A DNA stretch of 64,000 bases, taken from positions 1,344,001 to 1,408,000 of the forward strand of contig CAWIPH010000002.1 in assembly GCA_963837955.1 (NCBI GenBank). The letters are read 5' to 3'. Shown here piece after piece: positions 1 to 8,984 of the stretch (its first letter is position 1; every line of letters starts with the position of its first letter). The notes beneath the pieces were generated by a model. The model saw only the letters and a list, made by a program, of their open reading frames with translations, was not told the origin of the DNA and ran no database searches. Origin of the DNA: an uncultured Verrucomicrobiae bacterium. Its GTDB lineage: Bacteria; Verrucomicrobiota; Verrucomicrobiia; Chthoniobacterales; JAFAMB01. The translations under genes were made by a program, and so were the position numbers.

Positions 1-2
1 AA

Positions 3-740
3 AAGCTTATCGGAATCACGGTGGTCGATCCGATTCGTGACGACAAAGGTTGGGCTTTCCGCGACGTGCCAGGCGCTTCACACGATCCGATCAATGGATT
101 CCTCTACTTGAGTGAAGCCTACCTGGCTACGGATCCCAACTACCAGGGGCGTGTCACGGTGCCGGTGCTTTGGGATAAGGAGACGAAACAAATTGTTTCC
201 AACTCCGACGACGATCTAATGCGGATATTGAACTCCGCCTTTAACAGCCAGACCGGAAACCAATTAGATCTTTATCCTGCTGAGCACCGGGCTGAGATCG
301 ACGCGCTAAACGAAACCATTTACGAGACGGTTAACAACGGAGTTTATAAAGCTGGCTTTGCCACTTCGCAGCAAGCGTACGAAAATGCTGCGATCGCGCT
401 ATTCAAGACCTTGGATGAGCTCGATGCCAGGCTCGCAACGCGCCGCTTTCTTTTTGGACCTCAGCCTTTGGAGACCGATTGGCGCTTGTTCGTCACTCTA
501 ATCCGGTTCGATGCGGTCTATCATGGTCACTTCAAGTGCAACATACGCCGGATCGTCGATTACCCGAATCTATCCGGTTATTTAAAGGATCTTTACCAGC
601 AGCCAGGAATCGCTGAGACCGTCAACTTCGATCACATCAAACGGCACTATTATTATACGCACGACGACATCAACCCGACCCGGATTGTGCCGATCGGACC
701 GAAACAGGACCTGAGTTCTCCGCATGGACGAACTAGTTAA
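3..740 (+). CDS. yqjG: Glutathionyl-hydroquinone reductase (Xi-class GST, YqjG/ECM4 family), 5'-partial
   Basis: Motifs RVTVPVLWDK, NNGVYKAGFA, RFDAVYHGHFKCN, VNFDHIKRHYY, INPTRIVPIGP. The frame is open to the window edge and the N-terminal CPW motif is not in the window. Confidence 0.9.
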   Translation, partial: KLIGITVVDPIRDDKGWAFRDVPGASHDPINGFLYLSEAYLATDPNYQGRVTVPVLWDKETKQIVSNSDDDLMRILNSAFNSQTGNQLDLYPAEHRAEIDALNETIYETVNNGVYKAGFATSQQAYENAAIALFKTLDELDARLATRRFLFGPQPLETDWRLFVTLIRFDAVYHGHFKCNIRRIVDYPNLSGYLKDLYQQPGIAETVNFDHIKRHYYYTHDDINPTRIVPIGPKQDLSSPHGRTS

Positions 741-1088
741 CGCCGAGAACGCCGAGAACGCCGGGATCGCCGGGATCGCCGGGAGCCGAGCGGCGAAGCC
801 CTAGGAATCGGCACCGGGTGGTCACGCACTGAAGGTGCGTTTTCAATCGGCCGATTCCCGATTCTTGGTCGACAAGATTAAGAGCCAAATGTTTGCCAGC
901 GATTGCGCTACGCGATCTGAACAACATATATAAACGTTTTCGTCACGCGCCTTCAGCGCTGATTGCTTTTTTCTTATCCCTAGGGCTTCACCCAGGGCTT
1001 CACCCTAGGCTTTCTTGAGTCACGGCTTCGCCGCTCGGCGTTCCCGGCGTTCCCGGCGTTCCCGGCGTTATCGGCGCTGCCGGCGTTA
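738..1088. repeat. REP/MITE-like element with long terminal inverted repeats built from 9-bp tandem units
   Basis: Left end TAACGCCGAG-AACGCCGAG-AACGCCGGG...GCCGAGCGGCGAAGCC; right end GGCTTCGCCGCTCGGCG-(TTCCCGGCG)3...CGGCGTTA. Internal inverted pair GCACTGAAGGTGCG / CGCGCCTTCAGCGC, plus CCCTAGGGCTTCACCC repeats. Confidence 0.75.
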
Positions 1089-1650
1089 TTGCGTCCGGGC
1101 AAACGGTCACTGAGCAAATTGATCGGCTTATGCGGAGGGATCAACGGTCCGCATAAATTTTTTTAAACCGATGCGGTACTGTTAGCGTCTAAAACCCCAA
1201 TGGATTTATTGTTGCCAAGGATCGGCAGAAGCGGGTCGGGAGCGGCTTCGCCAGCTTGTCTCGCGCTGATTCACCAACGAGAGCCACATATGTTTCCCCC
1301 AAGAACACAGGGTGAAACATATGAGTAGAATATATCAATCAGACGGGCTAAGCATTCTTGCGCGCTACACCAGCGTCGCGGTCGTCGCCATAGCTTCTTC
1401 GGCGCTGCCGTTGAAGAGCGGAGCGAACGAGCAAGCTCGAGACGATCAGACCAAGGTTGAATCCAGCGAAGATGGCCAGGGCGAGACCGGCGATCGTACC
1501 GTTCTCGATTAGGCCGCCATATATCGTCTGTGACGGACAGGCGAGCACGTGTGAGCCAAATGGGCGCGAGCCGCCCGATAGATCGGCGGCTCAAAGTCCC
1601 GCGGCCGCGCATACGCGTCAACTTAAGAATGGTTTGCCTGCTCCATCGCC

Positions 1651-1773
1651 GGGAGGGCGCGCGTCCCCGCGCGCCGAGAAAACGATCTCTAACCTGGGGG
1701 AGGCAATTTAACCCTTGGTATACAAACGCGCTTGGGTCCGGCCACAAGGGATCGCGGGGACGCGATCCCTCCC
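1651..1773. repeat. REP-like inverted pair (GGGAGGG...hairpin / hairpin...CCCTCCC)
   Basis: GGGAGGGCGCGCGTCCCCGCGCGCC at 1651 and CGCGGGGACGCGATCCCTCCC ending ~1773. Confidence 0.55.
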
Positions 1774-1814
1774 CGCGTTGGGTCACGCGGCCGCGGCTGC
1801 GGGACTGTATCGCC

Positions 1815-2129
1815 CTACCAGCCACTACTGATTGCTCTTGCGGCAACATGCCCGACGGCATCGCTATTCAGCAGGTGCGATAATTCGCCAAAACAGCTAA
1901 TTATCCCAGCGAAAGCGAGAACCAGGAACAGCGCGAGAACTAACCCTTCGATGATGACAAAGTTGGGAGCGGCAGCCGGCGCGGCTAGTTTCCAGAACCC
2001 CTCTTCCGGCTGACAAATTGGGCTCGGCCCCGAAAGTTTTGCTTCGCGGTTCGGCGAAACACTCTTTTTCTCTTCAACGGGCTGGAACAAAAGTTCGGCT
2101 GGCGCGACGAATTTCATTATGGCAGACAT
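1815..2129 (-). CDS. Small hypothetical membrane protein (104 aa), divergent from the ECF sigma gene
   Basis: GGAG RBS before the ATG at 2129; one hydrophobic helix (FVIIEGLVLALFLVLAFAGIISCF). Confidence 0.55.
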   Translation of the reverse strand: MSAIMKFVAPAELLFQPVEEKKSVSPNREAKLSGPSPICQPEEGFWKLAAPAAAPNFVIIEGLVLALFLVLAFAGIISCFGELSHLLNSDAVGHVAARAISSGW

Positions 2130-2380
2130 AGTTTTTCTCCGGTTCTGATCTGTTTGTTTTGGTGTTTGGCCGGATAACCAGCCTTCACGCATTACAAAGG
2201 ATTGCTGATCTCGAAGTTTCACTACCTCCCAAAAAAGGGCGGCCGATACGGGGGAATGTCTGATTTCGCCCTGGTTTGCCCTCCGGGCTGCGCGTCGCCA
2301 GAGCCAGGGACGGGAATTTGCGCAATTCCGAGATTCCCCTGCATCTCATTAAGGTGTAGAAATTGGCAAAAGGGCTACGG

Positions 2381-3148
2381 ATGAACCCGAACGACAGGTT
2401 GGCTGATGATGCCGGCCGGTTTCGAACCACACATTGGAGCGTCGTCTTGCTCTCTGCTCAAACTCAGGTGCCCGGTTCGCGAACGGCCTTGGCCGATCTT
2501 TGCCGTCTCTACTGGTATCCGCTCTATGCTTTCGTCCGGCGGCGAGGCTACAGCGCTGACGATGCCCAGGACCTGACGCAGGGTTTCTTCCTCAGTCTTC
2601 TTGAACGCAAGTCGTTACGACAGGTAGACCCCGAAAAAGGGAAATTCCGGTCGTTTCTTTTGGCGTCGTTGAAGAATTATCTTTCCGATGCATTTGATCG
2701 CCAGAAAAGCATCAAGCGAGGCGGCGAAATCGAATTTGTGGCACTCGATTTCGAGAGTGGCGAAGAACGTTACCGCGAAGATGCGGCCGATTCTTTGACT
2801 GCCGATAAAATTTTCGATGCCCGCTGGGCGATGACTTTGTTGGATCACGCGATCGGCCGCCTTCGCCAAGAGTATGCTTCGCAGGGCAAGACCGCGCTAA
2901 TCGACGCGCTCCAACCGTTTCTCGACCCGACCAACTGCAAGAGGTTACCCTCCTATGAGGAAGTTGCCGATCAGATACGGGTTAGTCTTGGTGGGGTAAA
3001 GACGCTCATTCATCGCTTGCGTAAACGCTACAGCGAGCTTCTGCGAGAGGAAGTCGCGCGGACAGTGACCGATCCCCAAGCCGTAGACGATGAGATTCAC
3101 GCTCTTTGCGAAGCACTCATTGCCTCCGAAGGCCGATTGGGAACGTGA
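2381..3148 (+). CDS. ECF-type RNA polymerase sigma-70 factor (PVC-type, kinase-associated)
   Basis: FRTTHWSVV N-terminus; region 2 YWYPLYAFVRRRG...DAQDLTQGFF...KFRSFLL; region 4 SYEEVA...VKTLIHRLRKRY. Confidence 0.9.
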   Translation: MNPNDRLADDAGRFRTTHWSVVLLSAQTQVPGSRTALADLCRLYWYPLYAFVRRRGYSADDAQDLTQGFFLSLLERKSLRQVDPEKGKFRSFLLASLKNYLSDAFDRQKSIKRGGEIEFVALDFESGEERYREDAADSLTADKIFDARWAMTLLDHAIGRLRQEYASQGKTALIDALQPFLDPTNCKRLPSYEEVADQIRVSLGGVKTLIHRLRKRYSELLREEVARTVTDPQAVDDEIHALCEALIASEGRLGT

Positions 3149-3273
3149 GCACGACTGCGTCGCGACAAATCGCCGCGCGACTACGTCGTGATGACAAATA
3201 GCAAATAGCAGATATATGGGAGCGCTGAGCGGTTCCCCGACGGCAACGATTTGGCGACCGATCCGGCATTTTC

Positions 3274-3335
3274 TCGGAGGGTGCGTCGCTTGCGACGCCC
3301 GGAAGCTACCCGGTGTATATCGAGGAATCGAGCCC
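3274..3335. repeat. Truncated copy of the TCGGAGGG-hairpin REP/MITE family
   Basis: TCGGAGGGTGCGTCGCTTGCGACGCCCGG...CGAGGAATCGAG matches the left arm of the elements at 11445, 44040 and 44358. Confidence 0.6.
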
Positions 3336-3396
3336 AGCGATTTTGAAGACATCTAATTATCAGGTGTAGTTTGCGGGGTCAGAAAGTACGGCATTT

Positions 3397-3564
3397 GCGA
3401 AGAGGGATTTTGAACAGAAGGACGCAAAGTTCGCGAAGAAGATAGGGAACTCTCGCCTCACCCTGTACCAGCTCGACCGCAGTTTTCTTAGGAGTTGGTT
3501 AGTCACAAAAAGCCTTTGTGATTTTTGCGGCCTCCTGTTCAAATTCCTCTTCGCGACCTTCTGT
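3397..3564. repeat. Intergenic inverted-repeat element
   Basis: GCGAAGAGGGATTTTGAACAGAAGGACGCAAAG pairs with TTTTGCGGCCTCCTGTTCAAATTCCTCTTCGC. Confidence 0.6.
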
Positions 3565-3580
3565 CGGGACGCCTTTTTTT

Positions 3581-3702
3581 CGCAACTCCAAGATTCCCAG
3601 GCATCTAAATAGGGTGTAAAGGTTGGCGAGGGGGCCACGGATGAGCCCCGAGCGACAGGTTGGCGGATGAAGATTTCGGCCGGTTTCGAACTACGGATTG
3701 GA
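3581..3702 (+). pseudogene. Degenerate duplicate of the ECF sigma upstream region and first ~19 codons
   Basis: Aligns with 2321-2438; after a frameshift it reads MSP/SDRLADEDFGRFRTTDW versus MNPNDRLADDAGRFRTTHW. Confidence 0.75.
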
Positions 3703-3727
3703 TTACTTCCGAAGTCCGAAATGGGCC

Positions 3728-6586
3728 GTGACTACAAAAGACAGACGGGCCTGCCCGGTTTGCAATACGCTGTTTTCCGACAGCAGCGAGACGTGTCCGG
3801 TCTGTGCATTGCAAGGAGCTCTCAAATCGGAGAGCAACACATCTTCCTCTAAAGAGGCTTCCTCCGAACCAGAGCTTCGTTTTGAGCACTACACGGTTTT
3901 GAAGAACATAGACGGAACACCGGTCGAGCTCGGGGGTGGGTCGATGGGAGTCACCTACAAAGCCTTTGATGTCCATCTGCAGTGCCCGGTGGCCTTGAAG
4001 ATCATTAACGCACGATTCATCGGCGACGACTCAGCCCGGCACCGTTTTGTGCGGGAAGCCCGAGCAGCGGCCAGTGTACGTCATCCCAACGTTGCCTCGG
4101 TATTTCATCTGGGCGAAAGCGGCGGGAACTACTTCTACTCGATGGAATTTGTCGAGGGTGAAACTCTGGAAGAACTCATCCGGCGTTCTGGCAGGCTGGA
4201 GCCCAATCTAGCGCTCGAAGTGGCGACGCAAGTCGCGGCTGGGTTAACCGCTATTGAGAAACAGCATTTGGTTCATCGGGACATCAAACCCAGCAACATT
4301 ATGGTCTGCTTTGAGGACGGACGCATAGAGAACGTCAAGATTATCGACCTCGGCTTAGCTAAGGGAGTTGCGCAGGAAGACACGATTTCGACCGCGGGAA
4401 GTTTTACGGGAACCCCCGGCTACGCCAGCCCAGAACAATTTGCCGGGATAAAAACCGACATTCGCTCTGATCTCTATTCACTAGGAATCACACTTTGGGA
4501 GATGCTTAGTGGAAATCTTCCTTTCCAAGGCTCTGCGGCAGAGTTGATGTACCAGCATCAACATGCCGCATTGCCGGCCGGAAAATTGAAGAACGTTCCA
4601 GCACCGATGATCGCGCTGCTGGAAGTTCTGCTGGAGAAAGATCCTGGCCAGCGTTTTCAAAGTCCGGCTCAATTGCTCAGGGCTATCCCCAAAGTCAGAG
4701 AAGCGATTACTTCCGGATCACGCCTAAGCCCGAAAGAGCTGCGGTCGTCCGGCGATCAAATAGCTGAGCAATCGCCGAAACGAAAGCCGAGAGAGCATGC
4801 TCTTCGCTGGGCGCTTGGAGCTGGCCTATGCTTGGCTGGATTGCTCGCCTGGTTTTTCTACTCCGGTTACCGGGTGCCTTTCTTCAACCAGCGAGGCGTC
4901 GAAGCGATGCCAACCGACAAGAGTATTGCCGTTCTACCCTTCGAGAATATCAGCGCGAATAAAGATGACGCGTACTTTGCGGACGGCGTCCAGGATGAAA
5001 TCCTCAATAATCTCGCTAAGATTGCTCAGCTCAAAGTCATCAGCCGGACCTCGGTGATGCAGTATCGGGCGGATAACAAACGCGATCTCCGTCAGATCGC
5101 CAGTGCACTGGGCGTTGCCAGCGTGTTGGAAGGTACCGTCCGTCGCGACGGAAACCATGTGCGTGTTAGTACCGAGTTAGTCGATGCCCGCAATGACAAC
5201 ACGATTTGGGCCGATAGCTATGACCGGAATTTGACAAATATTTTTTCCATCCAGAGCGAAATCGCCCAGACAGTTGCTTCGAGACTGAGTGCTCAGTTGT
5301 CCCCGGAAGAACGCAAAGACATCGAGGAAAAACCGACCAATAACTTGGAGGCGTATGATCTTTATCTCCAGGCTCAGCAGCTGCTAGGGCCCAACAGTGT
5401 TGTTGTTCTTTGGAGCAGCGAGAAGGCAACCTTTTCAAAGGCGATCAGTTTACTGGAAGAAGCGACCCAGAAGGATCGTAAATTCGCGCTTGCGTATTGT
5501 CTGATGGCAAACGCTCACGACTCTCTCTACTTTGATCTGGTCGATCGCACGCCAGCGAGACGTGCGCAGGGCGATGCGGCCGTAGATGAGGCCTTACGGC
5601 TTCGACCGGATCTTGCTGAGGTTCATTTGGCCGCCGCCTATCACCTTTACGCCTGTTATCGCGACTTTGAGAGAGCCCGTGTTCAAATAGCTATCGCGGC
5701 GGAGACTCGGCCAAACAATCCTGATCTCCTTCAGATAACGGCTTTTATCGACCGAAGGCAGGGACGGTGGGACAAGGCCGTGGCGGGTCTAGACAGAGCG
5801 GCCGCCCTGGATCCCCGAAACCCGGCGGTTCTCGATAGCCTAGCTGACACCTATCGCTGCCTTCGGCGTTATCGGGACAACGAGCGGATCTTGGATCGAC
5901 TAATCGAACTTGAGCCCGATCAGCCATTGTTTACGCTTAACAAAGCGGGATCCGCCTTTGCGGAGAAAGCAGATTTAAAGAGCGCCCTTGCTGTATACGA
6001 GGCGCTTCCGACTTCCATGAAAGATGACGTCAATATCACTTGGGAGCGTGTTTACTATGCAACGTGCGCTGGTGACTTTACCGCCGCACGAGAAATTGTT
6101 AGCAAAAGTCCAAACGAAGAGATTCGCTTTTTTGGACCTTTAGTTCCACGCCGAATCGTCGCGCTTTGGCTTGATCTGGTCCAGGGAAATCATCCCACAA
6201 TAGAGGAGTTTGGCGCTGCGCGTGAACAGCTCTACCGAAAAGTCGAAGCAGACCGAACCGATCCTTTCTTATTGGCGGCGCTTGCTCTTGCTGATGCCGC
6301 TCTGGGGCGTCAGGAAGAGAGCATTCAGGAAGGAAGGCGGGCGATAGAAATGCGACCAATCTCCGAGGACGTCGAAGACGGCCCAGTCATAGCGAGGAAC
6401 GTCGCGGCGGTCTACGCTTGGGCAAACCAGTCCGACTATGCTTTCGAACAACTTAATATCCTGATCAAGATGCCTAGTTATATTTTTCTCACTTACGGAG
6501 ACCTCAAGACCGATCCCACTTGGGATCCACTCCGGAAAGATCCGCGGTTTGACAAATTGTTGGCTGAGTTAACGCCGAAGGACTGA
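3728..6586 (+). CDS. Hanks-type Ser/Thr protein kinase: N-terminal CxxC pair, kinase domain, TM helix, TolB-like domain and TPR repeats
   Basis: GGGSMGVTY, VALK, HRDIKPSN, DLG, GTPGYASPEQ, SDLYSLG; TM WALGAGLCLAGLLAWFFY; KSIAVLPFEN...LKVISRTSV; C-terminal WDPLRKDPRF. GTG start chosen by analogy with the paralog at 6708. Confidence 0.92.
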   Translation: MTTKDRRACPVCNTLFSDSSETCPVCALQGALKSESNTSSSKEASSEPELRFEHYTVLKNIDGTPVELGGGSMGVTYKAFDVHLQCPVALKIINARFIGDDSARHRFVREARAAASVRHPNVASVFHLGESGGNYFYSMEFVEGETLEELIRRSGRLEPNLALEVATQVAAGLTAIEKQHLVHRDIKPSNIMVCFEDGRIENVKIIDLGLAKGVAQEDTISTAGSFTGTPGYASPEQFAGIKTDIRSDLYSLGITLWEMLSGNLPFQGSAAELMYQHQHAALPAGKLKNVPAPMIALLEVLLEKDPGQRFQSPAQLLRAIPKVREAITSGSRLSPKELRSSGDQIAEQSPKRKPREHALRWALGAGLCLAGLLAWFFYSGYRVPFFNQRGVEAMPTDKSIAVLPFENISANKDDAYFADGVQDEILNNLAKIAQLKVISRTSVMQYRADNKRDLRQIASALGVASVLEGTVRRDGNHVRVSTELVDARNDNTIWADSYDRNLTNIFSIQSEIAQTVASRLSAQLSPEERKDIEEKPTNNLEAYDLYLQAQQLLGPNSVVVLWSSEKATFSKAISLLEEATQKDRKFALAYCLMANAHDSLYFDLVDRTPARRAQGDAAVDEALRLRPDLAEVHLAAAYHLYACYRDFERARVQIAIAAETRPNNPDLLQITAFIDRRQGRWDKAVAGLDRAAALDPRNPAVLDSLADTYRCLRRYRDNERILDRLIELEPDQPLFTLNKAGSAFAEKADLKSALAVYEALPTSMKDDVNITWERVYYATCAGDFTAAREIVSKSPNEEIRFFGPLVPRRIVALWLDLVQGNHPTIEEFGAAREQLYRKVEADRTDPFLLAALALADAALGRQEESIQEGRRAIEMRPISEDVEDGPVIARNVAAVYAWANQSDYAFEQLNILIKMPSYIFLTYGDLKTDPTWDPLRKDPRFDKLLAELTPKD

Positions 6587-6707
6587 GCACGACCACGCCG
6601 AGATGCCAAATAGCAAATAGCAAAGAGAGCGGAGGAGTGATGGAAATCAGGGATTGGAATTGAGATCACACAAGACGCGTTAGGGCGGTCGACCAACGAC
6701 CTAATTT

Positions 6708-8852
6708 ATGACCGAGAAAAGCAAGCGGGCCTGCTCGATTTGCGGCACGCTGTTAGGCGCCAGCACTGAGTCGTGTCCGGTTTGCGCGTTGCAGGGAGCT
6801 CTTGGCAATGAGAGAGCAACCAGCGAATCACCCGTCGAAACAACCCTTTCGTCTCCCCAGCTCCGATTCGAGCACTACGAGATTCTCACGCGCGAGGACG
6901 GAACACCTTTTGAGCTGGGACGCGGCACAATGGGAATTACTTACAAGGCTGTCGACGTCGATCTTCGATGCCCCGTAACATTAAAGATCATCAGCGAAAA
7001 GTATCTCGGCGAGGAGTCAGCGAGGCTTCGATTTATGCGTGAGGCTCGCGCAGCCGCTAGCGTCCGACATCCTAACGTGGCTTCGGTGTTTCACCTCGGT
7101 AAGAGCGCTGGCAGCTACTTTTATACGATGGAGTTTGTGGAGGGAGAGACGTTGGAAACCCTCATCAAGCGCTTTAGCCGGCTTGAGGTAAAGCTCGCGC
7201 TGGAAATCGCCACTCAGATTGCCTCCGGTTTGGCCGCGGTACACAGACAAAACTTTGTCCACCGAGACATCAAACCAGCCAACGTCATGGTCAGCTTGGA
7301 GGATGGAGCCGTTGTGACGAAGATTATAGACTTGGGACTAGCGAAGGGAGCAACGAATCCGGAGTCCGGAACAGCGATTTCGATTCCAGGAAGTTTCGCT
7401 GGCACGCCAGAGTTCGCTAGCCCGGAACAATTTGCTGGGGTCGGCGTAGACATCCGTTCGGACCTCTACTCGCTTGGCGTGACGCTTTGGCAGATGCTTG
7501 CCGGCCAGACACCATTCCGCGGATCTCCGGCTGAACTGATGCATCAACATTTGCATGCGTCGTTGCCACTTGACCAACTAGACCACCTCCCACAGCCGGT
7601 TGTTGCGTTACTTGAGGTTCTTCTCGAAAAGGATCCAAAGGGCCGTTTTCAGAATCCGACGGAACTTCTGAAGGCAATGCCAACGATAAAGGCTGCTATC
7701 GAAGCAGGGCATACAATCCCTGGTCGGACCCTTGTGAGCAAAGCTCGTTCGAGACGCGACGATGACTTGGACAGCGCGCCCGGGCGGCGCCGTTCGTCAC
7801 CACGCTGGGAACTTAGGCCCGAGCAGGCCCTGTCATCGGTCCCGGCCGGGCTTGGTCCCGCTCCTGATCGCAAGCCCAAGATAATACTGATCGGAACCAT
7901 TCTCGCCGGCATCTTGCTACTCGGTTCGGTGATTTATCTTAACTCACACTCCGCTATACTTAGAACAGCGATCACTCCTCTTCCGACCACGACGACGCCA
8001 CCGGGGGCAACCGCTCGATTAGCCTCGACCCCGAGCCCGACAATTGATGACGCCGCGCGCCTCGTGCTTCGAAATGCAACGAAAGAACAGCCTTGGGAAA
8101 ACAGTTTAGGAATGAAGTTCGTTCCTGTCCCAGGCACGCAGGTGTTCTTCAGTATCTGGGATACCCGGATCCAGGATTTCCGGGTGTTCGTGGAGCGAAG
8201 CGGCTATGACGCCACCGGCGGCATGTACTCGATGGGTAAAGACGGTTTGAAACAGCGGGGTGGAAGTTGGAAAGAGCCCGGCTTTGATCAAGGCCAGACT
8301 CACCCAGTGGTCGGAGTCAGTTCGATTGATGCCAAAGCTTTTTGTGCCTGGCTGACCAAAACAGAGCTGAAGGCCGGTCAGCTACCGCGCGGGTGGTCAT
8401 ATCGACTACCCACCGACGAAGAATGGAGTATTGCGGTGGGTTTGGGTCATGAGCCCGGCTACACGCCGGGCATGAAAAACGGAAGAATTACAGGGATTTA
8501 TCCTTGGGGAAAACAATGGCCTCCGCCACAGGGCGCTGGCAATTACTGCGGAGAGGAATCGAAGGCGTGGACGGATGCTGTGATCGAGGGCTACAACGAC
8601 GAATACGCACATACCAGCCCGGTGGGAAGCTTTGCTGCTAATCAGTTCGGCCTTTATGATATGGGCGGCAATGTGTGGCAATGGTGCGAGGACTGGTACG
8701 ATAGTGAGAAAGAGTATCGGGTGTTACGCGGGGCGTCCTGGTACGAATTCAGTCCCTTCAATCTGTTGTCATCAGCTCGCTATTACGGCGGCGCTCCGGA
8801 TGGTCGCTGCAATGGCGGAGGTTTCCGGTGTGTCATTGCGCAGGAGCCTTAA
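6708..8852 (+). CDS. Ser/Thr protein kinase with TM helix and C-terminal FGE-sulfatase (SUMF1) domain
   Basis: HRDIKPAN, DLG, GTPEFASPEQ; TM IILIGTILAGILLLGSVIYL; NSLGMKFVPVPG, YRLPTDEEW, NQFGLYDMGGNVWQWC, GFRCV. Confidence 0.92.
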   Translation: MTEKSKRACSICGTLLGASTESCPVCALQGALGNERATSESPVETTLSSPQLRFEHYEILTREDGTPFELGRGTMGITYKAVDVDLRCPVTLKIISEKYLGEESARLRFMREARAAASVRHPNVASVFHLGKSAGSYFYTMEFVEGETLETLIKRFSRLEVKLALEIATQIASGLAAVHRQNFVHRDIKPANVMVSLEDGAVVTKIIDLGLAKGATNPESGTAISIPGSFAGTPEFASPEQFAGVGVDIRSDLYSLGVTLWQMLAGQTPFRGSPAELMHQHLHASLPLDQLDHLPQPVVALLEVLLEKDPKGRFQNPTELLKAMPTIKAAIEAGHTIPGRTLVSKARSRRDDDLDSAPGRRRSSPRWELRPEQALSSVPAGLGPAPDRKPKIILIGTILAGILLLGSVIYLNSHSAILRTAITPLPTTTTPPGATARLASTPSPTIDDAARLVLRNATKEQPWENSLGMKFVPVPGTQVFFSIWDTRIQDFRVFVERSGYDATGGMYSMGKDGLKQRGGSWKEPGFDQGQTHPVVGVSSIDAKAFCAWLTKTELKAGQLPRGWSYRLPTDEEWSIAVGLGHEPGYTPGMKNGRITGIYPWGKQWPPPQGAGNYCGEESKAWTDAVIEGYNDEYAHTSPVGSFAANQFGLYDMGGNVWQWCEDWYDSEKEYRVLRGASWYEFSPFNLLSSARYYGGAPDGRCNGGGFRCVIAQEP

Positions 8853-8984
8853 TCTTAGAGCTAGTCAATCTTCGACGCTACCTGCCTCGGCGCTTTTCAA
8901 CACAAAGCCCAAGCTTCTAAGCAACTTGGTTGTGCTCCGATGAGTCTTCTTCTCCTGATTTAGGCGTGCAAATTCTCACTCTCG

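Noticed and set aside
1449..1462. Fifth copy of the GACCAAGGTC motif (GACCAAGGTTGAAT)
   Set aside because: The palindrome is broken, flanking bases differ, and it is far from the regulator cluster; likely chance.
1271..1883. Several overlapping short ORFs (including a 66-aa minus-strand ORF with a hydrophobic stretch)
   Set aside because: Mutually overlapping, no clear RBS or domain, and partly covered by a REP element; none can be selected with confidence.
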